Shown here: in pieces, positions 54,501-64,000 of the stretch
Layout of the letters: every line of letters starts with the position of its first letter
Position numbering within the stretch: the first letter of the stretch is position 1
From: an uncultured virus (IMG/VR IMGVR_UViG_3300026522_000029)
Taxonomy: Duplodnaviria; Heunggongvirae; Uroviricota; Caudoviricetes
Reading direction: 5' to 3' (one strand)
Length of the DNA stretch: 64,000 nucleotides
Virus record (IMG/VR): IMGVR_UViG_3300026522_000029
Translations under genes and position numbers: made by a program
The notes under the pieces: model-generated
Seen by the model: the letters and a program-made list of their open reading frames with translations, nothing else
Databases searched by the model: none
Told to the model about the DNA's origin: nothing

Positions 54501-56789
54501 TTGTTGCTCCGCTTCTTTCTGGATTCCTTCTTGAGCAGCATTTACTTTTCCAAGTGCCGTATCTTGCTCATCGAGTTTCTTGTTGATATTATCAATATCA
54601 ATATCTAATGCGGCGCCAGCTTGGTTTGCATATTTATAAGTAATGATAAGAGCATTTTGGATGTCTTGTAAATGGCTTTTAGTCACAGGTATCTGATTCC
54701 TATTAACATCATCCAAAGTTTGAACAGCTTGTTGAACTTCTGGCGGAAGAGAAGTATTTCCCTGAAGAGAAGATAAATCAATTCCCTGGATTGTTTCTTT
54801 AATAGCTTTCTTACTATCTCTTGATATTCCTCCAGATTTGAAAATCACAGAATTAGCAGCATCTTTGGCTTTTTCTATTTCTTTCGTAATATCTTTTATT
54901 TGAATTTGGAGATCAACAAGTTCTTCTGAGTTTCCTCTTATATTACTGCCTGCGCCATTTAGCTATTTTGCATATTTTTCTGCTTTAGCAATAATATTTT
55001 CATAATCTTGTTGCTGCTGAACTAACAATCCTTCTTGTTTAAGAAGTTCATTATATTGATTTCGTTGCTCGTTCGTCAAAGCAGAAGCGTATTTTGCAAT
55101 ACCTTTATAAGATGCTTGCATTGCAGAAACAGCTGGATTACTTGAAATTCCGTTCAAGCCAGCTATCTGATTTATCATTTGCTCACTCTGCTGAAGAATA
55201 GCTTTATTATTGAAAGCATTTTGAATATTAGTAACAATACTATTAATCTATCCTGCAATTGTCTTATTAAAAACTAGACTAAGTGTTGAAGCAAAATTCG
55301 CTAATACAACGCCGCCACCACCAATAGCATCTGATAACTTGGTGAAAATATTTAATAAACTTGTTCCAAAATCAATTACATTTTTAAAACTGTCTGTATC
55401 TGCTAAAGACTGAATTAAACCTTCTTGTGCGGTCTTTAATTGATTTGTATGAGCCGCTAATGATTCCATATAAATATCATTTTTCTCATTCAACTCATTA
55501 TTCGCATCAAGAGAAGTATTTAGTTCCTTAGTATATGTATCCCAGTTATCATACAACGCAATTAAGTTGTTCATTTGGCGCTGGCCCGCCATAGTCTGAG
55601 CAAGATAGACCTGCTGCTCTCTGCTCATGCTAGACCATTTCTGACCAATTTCGGTCATTACATCACCAGTATCACGAAGCTTATTATTTTGATCAAGAAC
55701 ATTGATACCGACTTCTGCCATTTTCTTAGTATAATTACCAAGTGAAATTTCGGCATCATCAGTTCCAGCTTTTATATCATTAATTCTTGAATAAATTGTT
55801 TTGAGAGCGTTACCAGTTGTTTCTGGGGCCTGTCGTGTTACCTGTGTTATCGTAGCTATCTGTGCTGCCAACTGATCAATTGTAACACCCATATTATTAG
55901 CAATAGAAGCAGATTTAGACATTGCTGTTGCTAATTCTGACATGTCAGAAGCAGAAGAATCTGCTACTGCTGCCAATTTAGATACTGCTTTTTCAGCATT
56001 TTCTGATGAAATTTGATAACCATTCCAAACGGCTGTTAAATTATCTGCCATTTCAGAAGGATCTTGTCCAGTGATATTAGATGCCTTTAATGTTGCTTCT
56101 GTTCTAGCTGCACTATCTTGTGCTCTCATACCTTGCTGTACAAAAGTTAAATACGCATTGGTATAATCCTTTGTTTGTCTACCTAGCGACGCTGCTGCTT
56201 CATTCGCAGATTGAGCAAAAGCATCCATTTTCTCTTGAGAATCACCAGTGACAATTCTGATATCATTTAATGAACCATTTAACGCTTTTACGTAATTAAA
56301 AGCATTCTGGACCGCCCCAGAAAACTGATTAATAATACTAGATGAAATATTCCATTTAATAGTATTTGATAAGGTCTCGCCCATCTTATCCAAAATATTT
56401 TGGGCACTTTTTAAATTTAAATTTGCTCCATAGACCTGAGCGGCAACACTGGCAAAAGCCCTTTGTCCAACCGCACCAACTTGTGAAAAATCACTATAAA
56501 TTTTTTCAATAGTCAGATCAGAATTGGACAATTCTTGATTAAATTTTGTAACATTTATTGAATCTAATTTTGGGTTAAAAGCCTTCATCAAGGCTCTTTC
56601 AACCTTATCAGCAGTTTCTTCTACTGCTGTTAACTTATCTCTTGCCTAATCAGCGGATTTTGCGTTGATAATACTTTTTGTACCAGCAGTATAAATAGCA
56701 TTAAGAGCCTATTTAACTTGCTTTAAACCAGAAGTATCAACATTAAAGCCCACTCCAAAGGTTATTTTTCCACCATTATTGTTAGCCAT
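48594..56789 (-). CDS. tail tape measure protein, 2731 aa (five in-frame TAG)
   Basis: One frame across four track ORFs (TAG 56709, 56646, 55248, 54963, 51855); TP901-like core GNALKTIYSR; FATGGYTG. Confidence 0.9.
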
Positions 56790-56894
56790 ATGAATGCTAA
56801 CCTCCTTTTACTCTATTCTCTCCGCCTAAAAATACGCATAAAAAAAATTCCATTCTACAGAATTCTGTAAAATGGAATTATTTGATTATTTAGC

Positions 56895-57488
56895 TTAGTC
56901 CTTGGGGGCGTGATCTGAAATTGAGGCAATCTTGGCGGCGCCGCCATTATTTATACCTGTTGCCGTTGCAAGATTTGCAAGTCTTTCAACTTCTGGAAAC
57001 TTATCTTTATTAGCATCAATGATATCCATTGTCTGTTGCATCTTCGTCGGCAAGTCATTAATCAAAGTCTCCAAGAATCCACCTATACTTTGATTATGAT
57101 TAATCATATTTTCTTTATTAGTTTTCAAATAATCAAGAAGAGTTTCATATTCATCCTCCTTCATATGACTAATAACTTCATTAATTAAACCACTACACTG
57201 AAGTTTATCATACAGCTCGGCTTCATCTTCCTTTTGCTTATCTGTAAAATTAATATTAGTATATAAATAAATAATATTCAAATTGAAATGCATCTCAAGG
57301 GCAACTTCGTCAATAATTCCATCATGGGATGCTTTTTGCAGAGAAATTTGAATTAAATCTTCTTTATCTGCAATGGGAAGATATTTATATACTTCAATCG
57401 GAAATTTTTCTCCGTTATATTCAAAATCAAAATTATTTGTAGAATTATCTACTTTAAGCTTCATTTTTGCAAATGATACTATTGCCAT
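56895..57488 (-). CDS. probable tail assembly chaperone
   Basis: Upstream of tape measure; YLPIADK, YTNINFTDKQKED. Confidence 0.6.
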   Translation of the reverse strand: MAIVSFAKMKLKVDNSTNNFDFEYNGEKFPIEVYKYLPIADKEDLIQISLQKASHDGIIDEVALEMHFNLNIIYLYTNINFTDKQKEDEAELYDKLQCSGLINEVISHMKEDEYETLLDYLKTNKENMINHNQSIGGFLETLINDLPTKMQQTMDIIDANKDKFPEVERLANLATATGINNGGAAKIASISDHAPKD

Positions 57489-57550
57489 TTTATTTTTCTC
57501 CTTTTATCTCCATTTTTCTATTTTTATTTTAACAAAAATTTTCAATTATG

Positions 57551-58711
57551 TCAAATCTTCACGCCTATTGTTTGTTTTATCTATTTGGGAACTTCATTAG
57601 TAGCAACTACTTCTACTTTATTCCTTAATCCTTTTCGGATATTTTGCTTTATTGGGTCTTTATATTGTTTCTATAAAGAAATTTGTTTTAATTCAGAAAC
57701 AGTCTTTATTTTATTATTTAAAATTTGGTTTGCAAGAGTAACCATCTGGGTATATCCAGGAAGAGAAGCATTTAATGATTTTACCGCATAATCGTATTCA
57801 TTTGTAGTTATATCTGAAGCATATAGTCCAGATACATTATCAACATTGACAACACCTTCTCGAATAAAATAGTCCATATTTCTATTATATACTCGCCCTA
57901 AAAAAAGAGTGTTTGGATTACTTCCTTCGCCACCAGTGTAGAAAAAATATGCATAGGCCTCTGCAATATCTCCGGCGGCGCCGCCAATAGTCAACTTATA
58001 CCAAATATTTTCCGTATCTATTTTCCAAAAAACATGGGGCTTCCATTTTTTATAATCTGCATCTGTCTCTTTATATGCTTCATTAAGTCCTTTTAAAGAT
58101 TGTGCCCCTATAATAGAGTCTTTCCTAATAGCTTCTGCTAAATCCGTTTTAACTTTATCAATACTAATTTTTAAACGCCCAACTAATCGTGGAATTTTAG
58201 CAGAACTCATATCTGTTGTTATTGAAATTCCTTTATCTCCTTGCAAAATTTTTTCCATTGGAATATTAAGTATTATTGGATTTCCATCTGCATCTAGGAA
58301 AACAATAGATATCTATGCTTTATGCCCTGTTATAATTTCAAGAATTCTCGCATTAAAAATCATTGAAGCTGCATAAAAATTATCTAATGTTTTATTAGCT
58401 AATCTCTATTGTTTGAATTTTTCTCTAGCTTCAATATATTGCTGCACTTCTACAGGATTTTCCACAGTACCTGGAGCAACCTTTAAACTATGTCGTTTGT
58501 TCCTTAGAGATAAAGCGGTTTGCTCTAATTGCATAATCTCTTCTCGGCTAGCTTTAATAACTTCTATAAAATCTAAAGCATATTTTTTCATTAAAAGAGA
58601 ACCGTCATCACCAAGTTTTTTTAATTCCTCCGCGCTTTTATCTCCAATAAGATTGGCTATTTGCTATATTGCCCCATCAGATACTTTTATATCCGGGCCA
58701 AAAGTTGCCAT
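57551..58711 (-). CDS. hypothetical protein, 386 aa (five in-frame TAG)
   Basis: GGAGG RBS; joins track ORFs 58406 and 57671 in one frame. Confidence 0.7.
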
Positions 58712-58827
58712 AATCTTCCTCCCTATACTTTTTTGAAAAAATATTATATAATATAAATATAGAAAAAGTTCAAAGATATTCCTGTTGAGGAATTAAATCT
58801 TTACCTTAACAGAGAAAGCGTAATATT

Positions 58828-59166
58828 ATGACTAATCTGTTAAAGAACTTTTTCGAAACTAATGATATATGTGAAGCTGATGATATTATGTATTTAATTA
58901 AAATTAAAAATACTAGTATCACAGAATTTCATCTGAAAGACGGACGTATTCTTACAAAATACATCTCACTAGGAGCATGTAATAAATAGCTACCGTCAGA
59001 AATTTTTATACCTATTAACAGAGGTATTATAATTAACAAGCATTATATTAAATGTATTAATAGATATATTTATCATATGCAAGATGGGACTATTTTTGAA
59101 GGTAAATTAAAAGCCACTAAATTACACAAAAAATTAAAAGATGAATGCACTCATCATATATCATAA
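58828..59166 (+). CDS. stand-alone LytTR-like DNA-binding protein (one in-frame TAG)
   Basis: K*LPSEIFIPINRGIIINKHYIKCI resembles LytTR; own TATAAT upstream and hairpin at 59175-59206. Confidence 0.65.
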
Positions 59167-59222
59167 TAACAAAAAATAGGGGAAGTTTATTAGACTTCCC
59201 CTATTTTTATTTTAAATTACTA

Positions 59223-61397
59223 TTATACTCTTGCACCTGTGTTATCATTTTTTGAGCTGCTATCCTTACTCATATCGAGAATAGAACTTGCTGATTTACT
59301 ATCTTCAGTAGAACCATGCTCAATCTCACTAGTATGAGGCATTACTGGTCTACCCCTCTTAGCTCCTGCAATTGTATTATCAATAATCTGAACAACACAA
59401 AGAACTTTCTTAGTCTTATCAAAATATGTATATCCAGGGAATGCGTCAAGAGTAAAATCAAATGTCAAATATATTCAATATAGATCGCTACTCTATATCC
59501 GTTCTCTTATGAACTGCTCTATGTTTCCATAGACGTTTAGACTATATCTTCTCCCTCAACTTCACTTGTTAGGGAGTTTCCCATTTCCACTCGCTTGAGT
59601 GTACTGGCTCACGCCATAGTCGTTGAACTTGCAACTTATTTCCAGCTTTTACCTTTTAATATATAAGATATATTAGATTTTGTACATCCTACGATATCTC
59701 CTATTTCCTGTTGAGTTAAACCTTTTTTTCTTAACTCAAAAACCTTTTTAACGTCTTTTTCGGTCAATTTATGAAAATTACTATTTTCACCTCTTCTAGC
59801 ATGGCTTAAACCCGTCTTAAAAGCATGAATCTGATTTTCACTTGCTGTACACCATTCAAGATTTTCTAACTTATTATTTCTTTTGTTCCCATCTTTATGA
59901 TTTACTTGCAAATTTTCCATGCCTTCTACTGGATTAAAAGCCATCAATACAAGTCGATGTACTCTAAAGGTTTTCTTTTTCCCATCTACTGTAGAGAAAT
60001 TAATTATTTGATAATCTGTACCAGCTCTGTCTCTGGTTTTCATTTTTCCTGAATTATCACTAAAAAATTCTCCATCAGAAGTAACAGTATAATAATCTTT
60101 TAATTCTGGTAAAAAATCATGTAATCTCTTTTCCACTTTCGTGTCTCCTTTACATATTTTTAAATAAGTTGTTTAGCTGCGGGTTGTCTCATCTTTAACG
60201 TTTTTACTATACCTTAGTCATTACCCTCGCCATATCTTATGTCGCCATAGATACTTAGTAGTTAAAGCTCTTAAAGATTTTTCCGCAATTAAGGAACTAG
60301 ATCTTTTCAGCACTCTCATGCCGCCAAGCGCATTAATATTAGTTCACTTGGATCTCCAGTACTAGCCATCGTAATAGTAAAGTTAGACTGAAGTTTAGCA
60401 TTTGGAATTGTCAGCGCGCCCTGCATATCTTTACCAGTAGCCTGATCTCTTACAAGAACATCAGCTTCAACATAGTAATAACCTGCAAATGTATCTGGTC
60501 TGATATCAGCTTCCCATACGTTTGCTGTTGGAAGATCAATGTAATAATCAAGCATTACTGTCTGAGCTTTAGTAATCCCAGTTGCAGTAAGTGTCGTCTT
60601 AGGACTATTATTTTCATCTTTTGCAGCTGTCTCTTCAACGGTAACATCTGTTGCAAGAATCTCTCCAGTTACAGACTGTCCGTCATAATCAAGACTGTCA
60701 TTATCAAGAGCAAGTACATAGATTGGTGCATCATCTACACAAACCTTAGCAATAAATTTATTATCACTACCAATACCGTACTCAGCAATAGCATCAGAAA
60801 TATCAATTTTACCACTTGCATCAACAGATACGATTCCATTCTGATGAACATGAACTTTTTCAATTCCATTACCATAACCAGTACTATGGAAAAGATCTGC
60901 ACCAGAAAGAATGCTCAGTCCAACAGGAGAAAGCAGGGCATCTGTAAATTTCAGAGTTAATGTTTTGTCTCCTTCCCACGCAATAAGTCTTGTATTTCCT
61001 CTACCACCAGTTGCATATACGGTAGTAGCTGCTTGTTCAAGGGAAGAAGTAGTTGCTGTGTCAATATAAAGAACTGGTTGACCAGGATGAAAAGTCTGGC
61101 TACCAATTACAACTTCTTGTTTTGAACGCAAAGTTAAGTTTGCGACTTCTCTTCATAAGTATATAAACCTATGGACTATCTCTTACAAAAGTTCTAAGAC
61201 TTTTGTACACCTTTTTCGATCCACTTACCAATAGTGAACCTACCTGAGCTATCAGGCTCATTAGTCTCTACATCGCTCTATAATAGTATGACACGGGGTT
61301 CTCCATGTAGGCATTTCCCGTTAGCTACTTTATAAAAGTAACCCCTATGGTGTTAGGCTAAGGTGTATAAGCACAAGATATTCATGCCAAATCTCAT
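59223..61397 (-). CDS. putative major tail protein, three exons (61397-61384, 61153-60346, 59465-59223), 354 aa
   Basis: Splicing gives MRFGIREVANL... and ASTGDPS|TFDFTLDAF in frame; GGRGNTRLIAWEG. Confidence 0.8.
59466..60345 (-). mobile_element. group I intron carrying an HNH endonuclease
   Basis: P1 CCAAGU/GCUUGG with U.G pair, CAACGACUA and GAUAUAGUC P7 strands, terminal G. Confidence 0.88.
59636..60136 (-). CDS. HNH homing endonuclease
   Basis: VHRLV, VNHKDGNKRNN..NLEW, C-terminal HTH. Confidence 0.92.
   Translation of the reverse strand: MEKRLHDFLPELKDYYTVTSDGEFFSDNSGKMKTRDRAGTDYQIINFSTVDGKKKTFRVHRLVLMAFNPVEGMENLQVNHKDGNKRNNKLENLEWCTASENQIHAFKTGLSHARRGENSNFHKLTEKDVKKVFELRKKGLTQQEIGDIVGCTKSNISYILKGKSWK
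61154..61383 (-). mobile_element. ORF-less group I intron (230 nt)
   Basis: P1 GGCAU/GUGCU, P3 ACACCUU/AAGGUGU, AGAGACUA and GAUAGUCC, terminal G. Confidence 0.88.
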
Positions 61398-61401
61398 AAA
61401 T

Positions 61402-62217
61402 TTATTCCTCCGATAAAAATCTATCAAATTTTTCTTTTTTCCTTAAAAGAAAAAACTAAGGATCATTTTTATACATATATTGTGCAAGCTTTAAAGAGTC
61501 TTTTTTACCAAAAGTCAAATGATAGCAAGTCTTTGCTTTATTACAAAAACTGATAGAACCGCCTTCTATATCGGATTTCTCTCTTAAAACTCTCAAAAGC
61601 TCTTCAAGAAAAATGCGACTACCACTTGAAAAATTAGAATTTATTCTATTATCTTTCACAAACCAGACGCTGCCGTCCCCATCAAAGTATCCTCTAACAA
61701 AATCAGCAATAAATTCATCTGGAATCTCTTTAGGAAAAACAGCCGTTAAACTTTTACGTTCGGCGCCGCCCAGTTTTCTTATATCATTATAAATAGTAAC
61801 GCAACTAAAATTGATTCTTGAAGATTGAGTATCCACCGCGTCTTGCAGATTTCCCTCATACTCCATGTCTTTTGCAATTTGTTTTAAAATGTACTTATCT
61901 TTTCTATGCTGAGTTATATCAAACATTTGTCCTCGATAAATACAACCATCTGCCCACCATAGACCTAATGTATAAGCCATATTATGTGACCAGTGTTTAA
62001 AATAATCTTCATTTATATGATATTTTCTCGCATTTTTCGATTGAATTTTTGACTTCTCTTCTTTTGAAAGATGTGCTATTCGACAATCATTGTGATAACA
62101 AAAATCATATATCATCTTTCTTGGATATTGAAAACCAAAAAATTCTTCCCATTCTGGCAAGGTTTTACTATCGCTCTGGGCGAGTAGAATCTCCTTATGC
62201 TCCTTTAATATTGGCAT
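61402..62217 (-). CDS. free-standing LAGLIDADG endonuclease (reads through TAG 61456)
   Basis: YTLGLWWADG and FVRGYFDGDG; DP*FFLLRKKEKF. Confidence 0.88.
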
Positions 62218-62237
62218 ATTAAATTCCTTTCAATTTC

Positions 62238-62999
62238 TTAATGATTGAGAGAATTCAAATCTCCCATCCAATTGTCTACTTCATCTAAATCCTTAGCCCC
62301 CGCCAATTTTTCCTGAACATAAATATCAAAATTTTGTTTCATAATAAATCGACGAAACTAATTCATTATCTGATAAACGCTATAATCTAAAAGTGTATTT
62401 ATATCCTTTTTCTATCCTACTGCTAAAATTGAAATGTAACGAGAAAAAATTGAAGACGTTTGTCCATCTTCTCTATTTTTCATCTTTGCTAATTTTTCAT
62501 GATATTTCCGAAACTTCTCTGCTAATTTTCCTTCCACTTCTGTAGCAGGATTATATCCAGTTTGTTCATTAAAGATATCTTTTAAACAAAACATCTCTTT
62601 TACAATTTCTCTGAACTTATCAAAATTAGCTGCATTAATTTGTAATACCCTTGGTTTATCCCCACTAGTATCTATAAAACCAATACTTCCAGGCAAAAAA
62701 TTGACCTTATAATTTGGAAACATCAGAAGCAATAGCATCTATGCACAAGCTCTACTTCTTTGAGAAGCAGGATTTTTATCTTGTACGATTGACATAAATA
62801 CATCAAAATTTGTTATTTTAGATAAATCAATATCGTCCTCAATCTTATCTTTAGATACAGTTAAAGTTTGACAACCTAAGAAAAAATTTTCCTAGCCAAT
62901 CAAACCAATTTGTTTTAACGTTGGTTGATGAATATTTAATTGAGCTTCTGGAAAAGGAATATCATTTTTAGAAAAGATAGAAAACTCATCACTGCCCAT
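62238..62999 (-). CDS. structural-module hypothetical protein (three in-frame TAG)
   Basis: DIPFPEAQLNIHQPTLKQIGLIG*ENFF; single frame of 254 codons. Confidence 0.75.
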
Positions 63000-63609
63000 C
63001 TGTTAAATCTTCAGTAAAATGAAGCCCTCTATAAGATATAGTATACATAGAAATATCTTCATTTAAAACACTTAAATTACATCCTAAAAAAATATATTTC
63101 CCAAAACCAGATAGCTTTATATTATTCCCTATTGAATAACCTATATTTTTATTTTTATCAGAAAGAGAATTTAAAATTCCATCAATATAACCGCAAATTT
63201 CCAGAGGACGAGTTTTATAATCATCAAGACACCAAGCATCCATATAGCAAATTACATCAAAATTAATTGTACAGTTTCTAAACTCTGGATTTTTACTTGG
63301 TTCAAAATTATCAAAAGAAACTAGGATATAAGATTTAATTTCTTCATGTTCTCCCCTTGGAATTTTTGGATTAAGCCTTATATATCCCTAGTTAATTAAT
63401 CTGCCAACAGAGTAACTATCTATTTCATCTTGGTACTCTTGATTGCTCATATCTAAACAATCTGACTTATTAATTATTAATAGTCTTTTTAAAACATCGC
63501 TATAAGGATGAGAAGTTACAAAAAGAGTCTCAAGAATTTTTTGAATATCAAGACTACAAGATAAAAAAGATGAACGGAGAGGCTGCGTTTTGACTAAATC
63601 TTTTCTCAT
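62989..63609 (-). CDS. structural-module hypothetical protein (TAG 63388)
   Basis: Two track ORFs in one frame; SSFLSC, RPLEICGYIDGILN. Confidence 0.75.
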
Positions 63610-63613
63610 TCTA

Positions 63614-64000
63614 TCAACTCCTTATTGTAATATGTTTAATACTATTGCCATATTTTAAATTAAAACCATCTTTATATGATTTCTTTGTTTTTACTGTTAT
63701 AAAAATACTTTTACCATCAATAGTATAAGAAATTAAATCATCGAGGGCGGCGCCGCCTAATGTCTCTACTGACCACGATCCTGTAGTATCATCAGCCGCA
63801 GTGTATTTAACTTTTACATCAAATGGAGACAAAATATCTGGCCCAACAATTTCTTCTACCGACCGCGCCTCTTTATCTTTTTTAATTTTTTGATCTGTTG
63901 AAGTATAAGTTTCTTTTACTGCAACTCTAATAATTCCAGTATCAGTTTTATTTGAACTTGATCCATAATTATCATTGTAAGCTTGGACTTCCCAAGGCTT
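63614..64000 (-). CDS. partial CDS (5' end outside window)
   Basis: Frame open to window edge; WEVQA...GIIRVAVKE. Confidence 0.7.
   Translation of the reverse strand, partial: KPWEVQAYNDNYGSSSNKTDTGIIRVAVKETYTSTDQKIKKDKEARSVEEIVGPDILSPFDVKVKYTAADDTTGSWSVETLGGAALDDLISYTIDGKSIFITVKTKKSYKDGFNLKYGNSIKHITIRS

Noticed and set aside
48594..56789. Tape measure and other tail genes as pseudogenes or multiple small ORFs
   Set aside because: All breaks are in-frame TAG only and a CUA tRNA is present; recoding explains them

Overview
A 64-kb segment of a large, AT-rich tailed phage, probably infecting a Firmicutes/Clostridia host (sigma-A-type promoters, HPr-like and SH3b genes). The + strand (1-20.7 kb) carries small early genes, about 15 tRNA or tRNA-like genes, a tmRNA and RNA-handling genes (DUF2828/vWA protein, Thg1-like, RNA ligase). 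The - strand (20.8-64 kb) is the tail/structural module: tail fibres, two DGR-type target proteins, baseplate-like proteins, an amidase, a 2731-aa tape measure and a putative major tail protein split by two group I introns. TAG is read as a sense codon: roughly 40 in-frame TAGs split otherwise continuous genes, so the supplied ORF track is fragmented, and a CUA-anticodon tRNA lies at 10807-10882. The main finding is that this suppressor tRNA has a tRNA-Glu-type body and the TAG contexts favour Glu, suggesting TAG->Glu rather than the usual phage TAG->Gln (code 15). Other highlights are a DGR with its avd-TR-RT cassette largely deleted, a tRNA-His-like RNA whose anticodon is replaced by a motif repeated upstream of the DUF2828 gene, two 8/4-fold tRNA-Pro genes and a covarying RNA leader ahead of GIY-YIG genes. 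All family assignments come from motif recognition by eye, not database searches.
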